Below the pieces are notes generated by a model that was not told where the DNA came from, made no database searches, and saw only the letters and a program-made list of their open reading frames with translations. The position numbers were made by a program, and so were the translations under genes. Positions 40,443-48,481 of a stretch of 64,000 nt of DNA are shown piece after piece. The stretch is from Meiothermus sp. Its GTDB lineage: Bacteria; Deinococcota; Deinococci; Deinococcales; Thermaceae. Position 1 is the first letter of the stretch, and every line of letters starts with the position of its first letter. The stretch is taken from contig JANRLD010000107.1 in assembly GCA_033762915.1 (NCBI GenBank), forward strand, positions 31,215 to 95,214. The letters run 5' to 3'.

Positions 40443-40619
40443 CTAGGGGTCGGTTCGGCTGGTCCGCGTGGCCCCGACCCCGAACCGGCCGAACGCAATG
40501 TGCGGCACCCAGGTCTCGGCCCCGCCGTAGTTGAAGCCGAAGATCGAGGGGCTGAGTTCCAGGATCAGCCCCGCCCCGTAGTCGACGACCCCGTGGGCGA
40601 GGGTCGGGATGAAGCGCAT
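40443..40619 (-). pseudogene. Internally deleted SPW-repeat-like membrane protein remnant, 58 aa
   Basis: MRFIPTLAHGVVDYGAGLILELSPSIFGFNYGGAETWVPHIAFGRFGVGATRTSRTDP looks like the N-terminus of the family joined to its C-terminal WxPH segment. Confidence 0.55.
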
Positions 40620-40622
40620 CCA

Positions 40623-40700
40623 CTACCCCTTTCCGGCCGCCTGTGGCCTCGGTGGGGCGACTGCCCGACCCCCCCGAGAGACTTCGCTTCGTGCCGCCAT
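40623..40700 (-). CDS. Putative 25-aa peptide (MAARSEVSRGGRAVAPPRPQAAGKG)
   Basis: Strong AGGAGG RBS directly downstream of a TCAG-repeat promoter. Confidence 0.4.
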   Translation of the reverse strand: MAARSEVSRGGRAVAPPRPQAAGKG

Positions 40701-40723
40701 ACGTCCTCCTGATTCGTCCGTCC

Positions 40724-40776
40724 ACGTTGACGGCATGAACTTACCGAGGTTTGAGCCAGCCCTGAGTCGGTCCTGA
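40724..40776 (-). promoter_or_regulatory. (TCAG-N7)x4 promoter of the SPW-SRPBCC-dehydrogenase-cupin unit
   Basis: Minus strand: tcag gaccgac tcag ggctggc tcaa acctcgg taag N10 caacgt. Confidence 0.7.
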
Positions 40777-41034
40777 GCAAGCGGCGGGTGTTCGGCTGTG
40801 TGTGAGGCGGGAAAAAGCGAACTCCGGCGGGCCGCCCCAATAATTAAGTCGGAGGCCCCACCGGCCGGGCCCTGACAGGTTGTCTCAAGCCTCTCGCTCT
40901 GGGCGGTGGGCCGTCTAAGTTGCGCCATAGTGAGATTGCAGGACTTCAGCACAGCCTCATCAGCGAGCGGCTTGTGGGCGCAATTGCCCGATCTATCGGT
41001 GAGTGCGGATGCTGCAATTCCACTATGGAGATAC

Positions 41035-41502
41035 TTAGCGCGTGCCAGACTCTGCCTTGCCCGCCTCGAGCTTGCCCAGCCCCCACAGCACCAGCAGTAT
41101 CAGCAGGGTGGTGCCGCTTGCGAGCAGGTACAGCTCGAGGCCCGCCGCCACCCCCACCGCCGCCGTGGCCAGTACCGAGGCCGCGGTGGTCAGGCCCCGC
41201 ACGCTGTCGCCCCTCCAGACGAAGACCATCCCGGCCCCGAGAAAGCTGACCCCCTGGGCCACCGCCGAGAGCACCCGAGTCATGTCCACCTGGGCCACCT
41301 GGTCCAAGCCGCGGTAGCGCACCAGCATGGCCTCCCCGATCAGGACGAACAGGGCCGAGGCCACCCCCACCAGGATGTGGGTGCGCAGCCCTGCGTCCTT
41401 GCCCCGAACCTCGCGTTCCCACCCCAGCAGCCCCGCCAGCACGGCGGCCGCCAGCAGCCGAGAGAGGAACTCGAGTTCAAGTGCGGGGCTGCTGTCGCTC
41501 AC
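41035..41502 (-). CDS. MgtC/SapB family membrane protein
   Basis: LLGWERE...AGLRTHILV...GVSFLGAG...VRGLTTAAS..ATAAVGVAAG. Confidence 0.92.
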   Translation of the reverse strand: MSDSSPALELEFLSRLLAAAVLAGLLGWEREVRGKDAGLRTHILVGVASALFVLIGEAMLVRYRGLDQVAQVDMTRVLSAVAQGVSFLGAGMVFVWRGDSVRGLTTAASVLATAAVGVAAGLELYLLASGTTLLILLVLWGLGKLEAGKAESGTR

Positions 41503-41653
41503 GCGGGGACTCCGACGGCGGGTGCGGGGGCGGGCTGCCGCTCAGGGTCAGCAGTGCCGCCCCGAAGACCGCCGCCGCGACCCCCGCAGCGATGGGGAAG
41601 ACCCACCAAAACAGACTCTGGGACTGGTACAGCAATTCGTGGATGGGGCTCAT
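41477..41653 (-). CDS. Small single-TM protein, 58 aa
   Basis: GAGGAG RBS; hydrophobic stretch LFWWVFPIAAGVAAAVFGAALLTL. Confidence 0.55.
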   Translation of the reverse strand: MSPIHELLYQSQSLFWWVFPIAAGVAAAVFGAALLTLSGSPPPHPPSESPRERQQPRT

Positions 41654-41714
41654 GGCGCGCTCCTCTTGGCTCAACGGGTGGGTTGGAATATCGGTAAGCC
41701 TCGGCTGCGAAGAC

Positions 41715-41975
41715 TCACGGCGGAACGTTGATGCGACGCTCGAGCGGTGGGGGCCAATCGGGCTCCTGGCCGGTCTCGAAGTGCTTCTCGCCGATGTCGC
41801 GGTGGGGTGTCCACCGCGTCCGCTCGGGCTGGGGCAGCGGCTCCGGGTCGATGATCAGCCACCACTCCCAGCCGTCGTCCTCGGAAGGCGAGGGGTGATT
41901 GGGGCCGTAGATGGGGCGCGGCGGCCCATAGCGGTAGCGGGCATCTTGGCCGATGTGGTTAGGGGTGTGGGTCAT
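41715..41975 (-). CDS. Small Pro-rich protein with a YRYGPPRPIYG motif, 86 aa
   Basis: GGAGGAG RBS before ATG 41975. Confidence 0.6.
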   Translation of the reverse strand: MTHTPNHIGQDARYRYGPPRPIYGPNHPSPSEDDGWEWWLIIDPEPLPQPERTRWTPHRDIGEKHFETGQEPDWPPPLERRINVPP

Positions 41976-41988
41976 GTTCTCCTCCGGT

Positions 41989-42351
41989 CTACCGTCGATG
42001 GTGCCTCGAGTCCCGGGGCTTGAGGTCACCCGAGTAGCCGCCCTGGTCGCCGCGCCATCCGCCCGGGGCGTCGTCGGGCTCGAACACCCTGGGGTCTTTG
42101 TCGAGATCGAGCTGCTCGAGCGGGGCCCCCTCGCTGAGGTGCTCGAGCAGGGTCTTGGGGGCTTCTTCTTGGGCGGGCTTGGGCGGGGGGGCTTTGACCG
42201 GGACAGGTTTGGAACCGGGGAAGACCTCCGACTTGGTCAGGGGTCTGCCCGTGCCCACCTCGTAGCCAATCACCGAGTCGGGTTGATTCTGGGGCTCCCA
42301 GTCGGGCTCGCTGCCGTCGTGGGGATTGATGGGATCGTTCTTTTTCCTCAC
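41989..42351 (-). CDS. Hypothetical acidic/Pro-rich, likely disordered protein
   Basis: 120-aa ORF, AGGAG RBS, downstream of a TCAG-repeat promoter. Confidence 0.65.
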   Translation of the reverse strand: MRKKNDPINPHDGSEPDWEPQNQPDSVIGYEVGTGRPLTKSEVFPGSKPVPVKAPPPKPAQEEAPKTLLEHLSEGAPLEQLDLDKDPRVFEPDDAPGGWRGDQGGYSGDLKPRDSRHHRR

Positions 42352-42387
42352 GCTGCTCTCCTGGCGGTGGCATTAGGTTCCTTCTCA

Positions 42388-42503
42388 AACTTGGAGCCCC
42401 GCGCTTACCCCCCATTGAGCCAAACCTTAGAGGGCACTGAGCCCGGCGGCTCAACCCAAACTCAGAACCGGGTCAGCACTGCCTCCGCAGACCCCACTAA
42501 GGT
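42388..42503. promoter_or_regulatory. Back-to-back divergent TCAG-repeat promoters
   Basis: Minus: tcag N7 taag N7 tcaa N7 taag N10 caagtt (42440-42388). Plus: tcaa N7 tcag N7 tcag N7 tccg N10 taaggt (42451-42503). Confidence 0.72.
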
Positions 42504-42531
42504 GGTCGGGCCTGAGGAGGTGAGCCAAACC

Positions 42532-42714
42532 ATGAACAGCTCGATACGACCATTCAAGCCGTACCCGTACCGACCGCCCCAGCCACAGCCCCACGTGCCC
42601 GATCCTCAGCAGACGCCGCACCAGCCCCTGCCGAGGCCCGAGATCGGCGACCCGCTTCCCCACACCATTCCCGACTACAACCCCCCTTCCGGCCCGCACT
42701 ACTACGTGGCCTGA
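42532..42714 (+). CDS. Small Pro-rich protein, 60 aa (MNSSIRPFKPYPYRPPQPQP...PHYYVA)
   Basis: GAGGAGG RBS; directly upstream of the YciF-like gene. Confidence 0.6.
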   Translation: MNSSIRPFKPYPYRPPQPQPHVPDPQQTPHQPLPRPEIGDPLPHTIPDYNPPSGPHYYVA

Positions 42715-42733
42715 GCACCCCAAGGAGCCCACC

Positions 42734-43273
42734 GTGCAAAACCTGCAAGAACTCTTCGTAACCGAGTTGCGCGACGCCTACGACGCCGAGACCCAGGCCG
42801 TAGACAGCATGCCCCGACTGATGGAGTGCGCCACCAACCCCCAGCTCAGGCAGGCCCTCCAGCAGCACCTCGAGCAGACCCAGCGCCAGGTCGAGCGCTT
42901 AGAGCAGATCTTTGAGCAGATGGGCGAGGAGCCGGGGGGCGAGCCCTGCGAGGCCATGCGGGGCCTGGTGGCCGAAGCCGAGGAGATCGTCGAGATGGAA
43001 GACGAGGCCGACCCCGACGTGCTCGACGCCGCGATCATCGCCGCGGCGCAGAAGATGGAGCACTACGAGATCGCCAGCTACGGAACCCTCAGCACCTGGG
43101 CCACCGTGCTGGGCCAGGGCAAGGTTAAGGAGATGCTCGGCCAGATCCTCTCCGAGGAGAAGGAGGCCGACCAGATGCTCTCGGCGTTGGCCGAACAGAG
43201 CATCAATCCCCAGGCCATGCAGGGCACGCCGGGCAACGACACCCGCAGCCCCTCGCGCTCCTCGGCGCGGTAG
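42734..43273 (+). CDS. YciE/YciF (DUF892) ferritin-like stress protein
   Basis: ELRDAYDAE...HLEQT..QVERLEQIF...CEAMRGLVAE...AAAQKMEHYEIASYGTL...EEKEADQML. Confidence 0.93.
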   Translation: MQNLQELFVTELRDAYDAETQAVDSMPRLMECATNPQLRQALQQHLEQTQRQVERLEQIFEQMGEEPGGEPCEAMRGLVAEAEEIVEMEDEADPDVLDAAIIAAAQKMEHYEIASYGTLSTWATVLGQGKVKEMLGQILSEEKEADQMLSALAEQSINPQAMQGTPGNDTRSPSRSSAR

Positions 43274-43304
43274 CTGGTAGCTGGAGAGAGTAAAGGAGAC
43301 GGGT

Positions 43305-43439
43305 ATGGCAGACCGCGAGACCCAGGACGGACGCAAGAATAACGGGCGTAACCTGACCCAAGAAGACCGGGCCAAGGGAGGACGCAACTCCCACGGCGGC
43401 AAGGGCAAGTCCGAGAAGAGCGGTCAGGGCAGCCGGTAG
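43305..43439 (+). CDS. KGG-motif stress-induced small protein, 44 aa
   Basis: Not in the track: MADRETQDGRKNNGRNLTQEDRAKGGRNSHGGKGKSEKSGQGSR; AAAGGAG RBS. Confidence 0.75.
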   Translation: MADRETQDGRKNNGRNLTQEDRAKGGRNSHGGKGKSEKSGQGSR

Positions 43440-43445
43440 ATCCAG

Positions 43446-43488
43446 CCTTCGCAGGGATACCCCGCTTCGGCGGGGTGTCTCTGGAAGG
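43446..43488 (+). terminator. Stem-loop with cUUCGg tetraloop after the KGG gene
   Basis: CCTTC-GCAGGGATACCCCGC-TTCG-GCGGGGTGTCTCTG-GAAGG. Confidence 0.65.
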
Positions 43489-43593
43489 AGGGGCGTTAGA
43501 CTCGCCCGACCCCCGAAGCCTTTGGGCTTGCTGAGTTCGGTCTCCGCAGCACCATCGGGCAGGAACCGGCTGTGAGCCCAGCGCCTCGGAGGG

Positions 43594-43635
43594 TAAGGCT
43601 CGCCTCAGCCCCGGCAAAGCTCGCTGCCCAAAACT
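43594..43635 (+). promoter_or_regulatory. TCAG-type repeat promoter (3 units)
   Basis: taag (43594), tcag (43605), aaag (43616), then N10 and aaaact. Confidence 0.5.
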
Positions 43636-43654
43636 GAGGCCAGGGGAGAGCTAG

Positions 43655-44134
43655 ATGATCGCCGAACGGACCTCAACCAACGCCCGAGTGGCCGGGAAGC
43701 GGGCCAGCAAGAAGGATCAGATCCTGGCCCTTTATGTCTCCGGCATCGCCGGTATCGAAGACCTGGCCCTGATGACCGACAGCCGTCCCGGCTACGTGGC
43801 CGCGGTCCTGCAGGGCGAGGGGCTGCTCTCTGGCTACCACGACCTCTATACCTCGAGCCAGCATCTCCAGAACGTTTACTCCAAGTTCTTTGCCAACCGC
43901 CTGGGCTTTAAAGATCTCGAGACCTCAGAGCGTAGCGTGGCCTGGATTGATCGCCTCTACCAGCAGTTCGCCCGCAGCCGCGACCGGGCCGGGCAGCACC
44001 ACGCCATGCTGATGGCCCTGACCATGTACAACCGGGCCCGCTTCACCGGAAAACAGGCCGAGGCCGATCCGTACCGGAGGTGGCTCGAGGGCCGGCTCGA
44101 GGCCGCAGCGCGGCCCGACGAGAACGATACATAA
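43655..44134 (+). CDS. Hypothetical protein with a possible N-terminal HTH
   Basis: 159-aa ORF with GGAGAG RBS; 'SKKDQILALYVSGIAGIEDLALMTDSRPGYVAAVL'. Confidence 0.75.
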   Translation: MIAERTSTNARVAGKRASKKDQILALYVSGIAGIEDLALMTDSRPGYVAAVLQGEGLLSGYHDLYTSSQHLQNVYSKFFANRLGFKDLETSERSVAWIDRLYQQFARSRDRAGQHHAMLMALTMYNRARFTGKQAEADPYRRWLEGRLEAAARPDENDT

Positions 44135-44280
44135 GGGGACCGCGATCCCATTCGGGCCCAAGCGCCGCCAGGTCGGTGATACACGTGCCCTTGACCTGAG
44201 GCCCCTGACGCCGCCTGCACCCCCTGTTGCTGCCAAGGACTCTGTTTCAGGTACAGCACTTCGCCCCAACCTGGTGGTGC

Positions 44281-44333
44281 TCAGCCTTGAATCAGAACGG
44301 TCACAGCGGCATGTCAGTCCCCCTGCGTAGGGT
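44281..44333 (+). promoter_or_regulatory. (TCAG-N7)x4 promoter
   Basis: tcag ccttgaa tcag aacggtc acag cggcatg tcag N10 tagggt. Confidence 0.72.
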
Positions 44334-44350
44334 TGAGTTTGGAGGAAAAT

Positions 44351-44983
44351 ATGTATAAAGCCGAAGCCAGCATAAGTCTACCCGCAAGCCAGCAGCGCGT
44401 CTGGGACTTTATCTCTAACTACCAAAACTTCGACCAGTTTATGTCGCACGTCGAGAAGGTGCAGATGTTGGACACCCGCACCTCAAGCTGGGCCATGCGC
44501 GGGCCGCTGGGCATCCCGGTGAGTTGGAGGGCCATCACCACCAGTTTTGAGGTCCCCCGCCACCTCTCCTGGCAGTCCACCGATGGCTCGCTGCAAACCA
44601 CCGGCTTTATCCGGGTCGAGCCGGAGGGGCCGGGCAGCCGCGTGACGGTTCACGTAGAGTACGTGCCGCCCCTGGGGGCCATTGGCGAGGCCGTGGCCTC
44701 GGTATTCAAAGACCCCCAAAGGATGCTCGAGAACGACCTCGAGAAGCTGGGCTGGATCGTGTCGGGCTGGCCGGTCGAGGCCATGGACACCCGCCCCGGA
44801 GGCAGCAGCCGTACCGAGAGCAGCACCAGCATGGGCCACTCGGGCGGCTCGAGCGGAACCTCGAGCGGTTACGGCTCGGGAAGTGGTAAGGGCTCGGTCA
44901 GCGACCCCGGCACCTCCGACTCCGCCGACCGCACCAATCCGGTGAGTGGGCCGGACGAACGACGACGGGGGGGCGACCGATGA
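44351..44983 (+). CDS. SRPBCC/cyclase-dehydrase family protein with a Ser/Gly-rich tail
   Basis: VWDFISNYQNFDQFMSHVEKV...GPLG.PVSW...VEYVPPLGAIGEAVA...DLEK; GGAGG RBS. Confidence 0.88.
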   Translation: MYKAEASISLPASQQRVWDFISNYQNFDQFMSHVEKVQMLDTRTSSWAMRGPLGIPVSWRAITTSFEVPRHLSWQSTDGSLQTTGFIRVEPEGPGSRVTVHVEYVPPLGAIGEAVASVFKDPQRMLENDLEKLGWIVSGWPVEAMDTRPGGSSRTESSTSMGHSGGSSGTSSGYGSGSGKGSVSDPGTSDSADRTNPVSGPDERRRGGDR

Positions 44984-45954
44984 TGACAGTGGGAAGTGCC
45001 GGCAAGGTGGGCGTGCGTGCCCGCATCCACTGGCCCGGAATCGTCGCGGGCGTGCTGGCGGGAATAGTGACCTATCTGGTGCTCAGCGTGCTGGGACTGG
45101 CGGTGGGGCTGCTTACGGTGCAGAGCCGCGGCATCGACACCGACGCAGGCGGACTGGGCGTCGGGACGCTGGTCTACATGGTGCTGGCGATGGCGCTGTC
45201 GGCCTTTCTGGCCGGCCTCACCGCCGCCCGCGCCGCCGCCTTCCTGACCCCGGCGCAGGGCCGCTTCAACGGCTTTTTGACCGGCGTGGTCTTGCTGCTG
45301 GCCCTGACTTGGCTGGCCTCCAACCTGCTCTTCAGCGGCCTGAACAGCGCCCTGGGGCTGGCAAGCGGGGCCCTCAATGCCGTGGCTGGGGCCGCCGACC
45401 GCAACACCCTGGGGGCCGGTGACGCCTACCAGGCCATCGTTAACGGGCTGGACGAGGAGGAGGTGGCCGACCTGATTGCCCAGGGTTCGCCCAACCTAAG
45501 CCAGGAGCAGGTTCGGGCGGCGGCCGCCACCGTGAGCAGCGTGGTGCGCACCGCCGGGCAGAACATCGGCGGCAGCCTGGACAACGTCTCCAACCTGGGG
45601 CAGGTGGTGGGGGCACAGGTCGACGCGGTTGAGCAGGCCCTGACCGGCCCCGAGTTTCAGGCCCGGCTCCAGCGCCGGGGCCTCACCCAAGCCGAGGCCG
45701 CCGAGGTATCCACCGTGGTGCGTCAGCGCTTCAGCGACATCCGCACCCAGGCCACCGAGACCGCCGACGCCCTGACCCGCACCGCCGCCCAGATCGCCAG
45801 TGCAGCGGCCTGGATATGGCTGCTGGTGGCGGCCCTGGTGTTGGGCCTGGCCACCTTCGGCGGCGGTCGCGGCGGCGAGGTTGAGCCGGTCGCGGCCCGC
45901 GCCATGCCGGAGCGCCGCACCACCCCCAGCTCCAACACCCCCGACAACCGATAA
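44980..45954 (+). CDS. Hypothetical multi-TM membrane protein
   Basis: 'RIHWPGIVAG...LGLAVG' N-terminus, helical soluble middle region, C-terminal TM; overlaps the upstream stop (ATGA). Confidence 0.8.
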   Translation: MMTVGSAGKVGVRARIHWPGIVAGVLAGIVTYLVLSVLGLAVGLLTVQSRGIDTDAGGLGVGTLVYMVLAMALSAFLAGLTAARAAAFLTPAQGRFNGFLTGVVLLLALTWLASNLLFSGLNSALGLASGALNAVAGAADRNTLGAGDAYQAIVNGLDEEEVADLIAQGSPNLSQEQVRAAAATVSSVVRTAGQNIGGSLDNVSNLGQVVGAQVDAVEQALTGPEFQARLQRRGLTQAEAAEVSTVVRQRFSDIRTQATETADALTRTAAQIASAAAWIWLLVAALVLGLATFGGGRGGEVEPVAARAMPERRTTPSSNTPDNR

Positions 45955-45977
45955 GTTGAGCCGAGCGAGGCCTACGG

Positions 45978-46026
45978 GCGGTCACCTCGAGCGTTAGTTC
46001 GCACGGCTCGAGGTGACCGCGCTTTC
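45978..46026 (+). terminator. Long perfect hairpin after the membrane-protein gene
   Basis: GCGGTCACCTCGAGC...GCTCGAGGTGACCGC. Confidence 0.65.
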
Positions 46027-46189
46027 ACGCAGACCCACACCATTCAACGCTCCTGGTCGGTAGGCGTCCGACTGACCCCGACCCGTCGCGCCACCGCACC
46101 GCAGCCTAAAGCACGCCAAAACCCTCACCGGGCGGGGCAACATCCAGCCACCGGTTGGGGGATTCAGTCCGCGACCGGAAAAGAGTTCC

Positions 46190-46284
46190 AGTAGGGGTTC
46201 CCATAAATCCTTGTTTCGGCGGTTTTTGCCGTGCCTTTTTCATTACGGCGATCTGAACTTCGCGGCAGTGGCGGGAAACGCGAA
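46190..46284. repeat. Degenerate copy of the structured dispersed repeat
   Basis: GGTTCCCA-N17-GGTTTTTGC-N11-CATTAC...GGGAAACGC, with the same spacing as copy C. Confidence 0.6.
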
Positions 46285-46393
46285 GGGCACCCTCCTGCCG
46301 GCTGGGTGCGCTCACTGCGAGTTTTGCTGCACGGTTCCCCGACTCCCAAAGCCCGACCCTCGGCCTCCGACCTGACTCTTATCCTTACCCTTC

Positions 46394-47821
46394 GTGTCTT
46401 TCTCCCAATGGTGCCTGGTGCTCGGGGCTCTGGCGCTGGTCTCGGCGGTGGGGTCGGCCCGCTTGCGGCGGCTGCCGCTGAGCGAGCCGCTAATCTTTCT
46501 GGTGGCTGGTCTGGCGCTAGGGAATGTGGGCGGCGTGAGCCTCAGCCTTGTCGACAGCGCCCACTGGCTCGAGCGGGTCGCGGAAGTCGTGGTAATCGTC
46601 TCGCTGTTCGTGGGCGGGCTCAAGCTGCGCCTTCCGTTGGGGCACAGGGCCTGGCTGGCAGCCTACCGGCTGGCCGGTCCGGCGATGCTGCTGTGCATTG
46701 CGGGCATCGCGCTGGTGGGAACCTGGCTGTTCGGCCTCACGCCGGCCACGGCACTGCTGCTGGGGGCGATTCTGGCCCCCACCGACCCCGTGCTGGCCGA
46801 CGAGTTCGCGGTCTCCAGCGCCAAAGACCAGGACCGGCTGCGCTACGGGCTGTCCGGCGAGGCTGGGCTCAACGACGGCACCGCCTTCCCCTTTGTGGCC
46901 CTGGGCCTTCTGCTTATTGAGAACGGCGGCCACTGGGGCGTCTGGGTGGGGGGTTGGGCGCTCGAGCGCTTGCTGTGGGCGGTGCCCGCCGGGCTGCTGT
47001 TGGGCTACGCGCTGGGCTACGGGGGTGGGCGGCTGGTGGTGGCGGTGCGGCGGCGCACTGCCGACCGCACCGCCACCAGCGACTTGCTGCTGCTGGCCCT
47101 GGTGGGGCTCTCCTACGGGCTGGCTGAGATGATCCACGCCTGGGGATTTCTCTCGGTGTTCGCGGCGGGGGTGGGGCTCCGCCGGGCCGAAGTCTGGCTG
47201 GGAAGGCCACAGCCAGGGTTGCTTCGGGCCGTGGCCGGCCTCGATTCCGCGAGATGGGCTAGACACCGGCCGGGGCGGCCGCAGCCCGAGGTCCCCGACT
47301 CCGACCCAGCCGAAGCCCTGGTCGAGCCCTGGCTCCACCCCGAGGCCCTGCGCGACTCCAGGGTGGCCTCGGGCCTGGTGGTGCGCGAGGTGCTGGCGCT
47401 GGGGGAAGCCCTGGAACGGCTGTTCGTGCTGGCGGCGGTGCTACTGGTGGGGGTGCTGCTGGCTGAGAACTGGGACTGGCGTGGCGTCGGGCTGGGGTTG
47501 GCGCTGTTCCTGGTGATCCGGCCGCTGGCGGTGGGTATGGCCCTGCTGGGTACCCCCACTACCCGCTACCAGCGTCTGCTGATGGGCTGGTTTGGCATCC
47601 GGGGGCTGGGCAGCCTCTACTACCTGTTTTACTCGGTAGGGGAGGGCGTGGGGGCTGAGCGCTCCGCCGAGCTGGGCGCCTTAACCCTGAGTGTGGTGGC
47701 CCTGAGTGTGGCCCTGCACGGCGTGAGTGCCACGCCGCTGCTGCGGTTGTACGAGCGGCGATTGGGCGGACACAGTTCAGCCGAGCCTCAGGTCGGGCTA
47801 AGCGCCGAAAATAAGGATTGA
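46394..47821 (+). CDS. Cation:proton antiporter (CPA1/NhaP-like)
   Basis: LLLGAILAPTDPVLA, SGEAGLNDGTAFPF, GFLSVFAAG, GWFGIRGLGSLYY. Confidence 0.92.
   Translation: MSFSQWCLVLGALALVSAVGSARLRRLPLSEPLIFLVAGLALGNVGGVSLSLVDSAHWLERVAEVVVIVSLFVGGLKLRLPLGHRAWLAAYRLAGPAMLLCIAGIALVGTWLFGLTPATALLLGAILAPTDPVLADEFAVSSAKDQDRLRYGLSGEAGLNDGTAFPFVALGLLLIENGGHWGVWVGGWALERLLWAVPAGLLLGYALGYGGGRLVVAVRRRTADRTATSDLLLLALVGLSYGLAEMIHAWGFLSVFAAGVGLRRAEVWLGRPQPGLLRAVAGLDSARWARHRPGRPQPEVPDSDPAEALVEPWLHPEALRDSRVASGLVVREVLALGEALERLFVLAAVLLVGVLLAENWDWRGVGLGLALFLVIRPLAVGMALLGTPTTRYQRLLMGWFGIRGLGSLYYLFYSVGEGVGAERSAELGALTLSVVALSVALHGVSATPLLRLYERRLGGHSSAEPQVGLSAENKD
47777..47818 (+). promoter_or_regulatory. TCAG-type repeat promoter embedded in the antiporter 3' end
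   Basis: tcag (47777), tcag (47788), taag (47799), then N10 and aaggat, upstream of ORF 47850. Confidence 0.5.
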
Positions 47822-47849
47822 GCCGTACACCACCCCTAGGAGCGCAACG

Positions 47850-48368
47850 ATGGCACTCACTTACGACTCCCTCGAGTCAACCCAACCCCCCTACGTCGGC
47901 GAAGCCTTCATTGACCTGGGCCTAAACTTTCTGCGGCGCAGCCCCAACACCCTGCGCGAGTGGCACCACCAGGGCCTGGTGCAGGCCGTGCAGCTCGAGC
48001 AGCTCACCGGCCGGATCGCCGAGCGGCCGGGCGAGACCGGCCCCTACGCTGCTCAGCTCCAGGAAATGTCCGAGATCCTGCTGCGCCGCCGCGCCAAGGA
48101 TGTTGCCTTCCTGGGCGGGGCGCTGGGCTTCGCCACGCAGTTCGAGGTGCCCCGGCTGGCCACCAACGGCCTCTTCGAGCCGTTGGCCTACCACTACCGC
48201 TGGCAGCAGCGCTCCTACCAGTGCTTGGCCTGGATGCTCGAGCTGCACGGCGATCTGTCGGGCTCGAGGGCTTTCCAGACCTGCGCCGACAACCTGAGCT
48301 TCGACTGCGGCTTTATGCAAACCCTGCTGGCCCGCTGCGCCAACCGACCCGAGGGTAGCCCCGCCTGA
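47850..48368 (+). CDS. Hypothetical helical protein
   Basis: 172-aa ORF with AGGAG RBS. Confidence 0.65.
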   Translation: MALTYDSLESTQPPYVGEAFIDLGLNFLRRSPNTLREWHHQGLVQAVQLEQLTGRIAERPGETGPYAAQLQEMSEILLRRRAKDVAFLGGALGFATQFEVPRLATNGLFEPLAYHYRWQQRSYQCLAWMLELHGDLSGSRAFQTCADNLSFDCGFMQTLLARCANRPEGSPA

Positions 48369-48481
48369 GCCAAGCCTGCCGTTTTTTAGGTCACCGTGAT
48401 TCAAACCAACAAGCCATACGCGGTGAGCCGCTGTGCGCCCCTCGTCTGCAGGCCTCCGGCTGCGCCAGTACGCACCCGGCC

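Noticed and set aside
44191..44210. CTGA repeats as another TCAG-box promoter
   Set aside because: The spacing is 9 rather than 11, and there is no suitably oriented gene.
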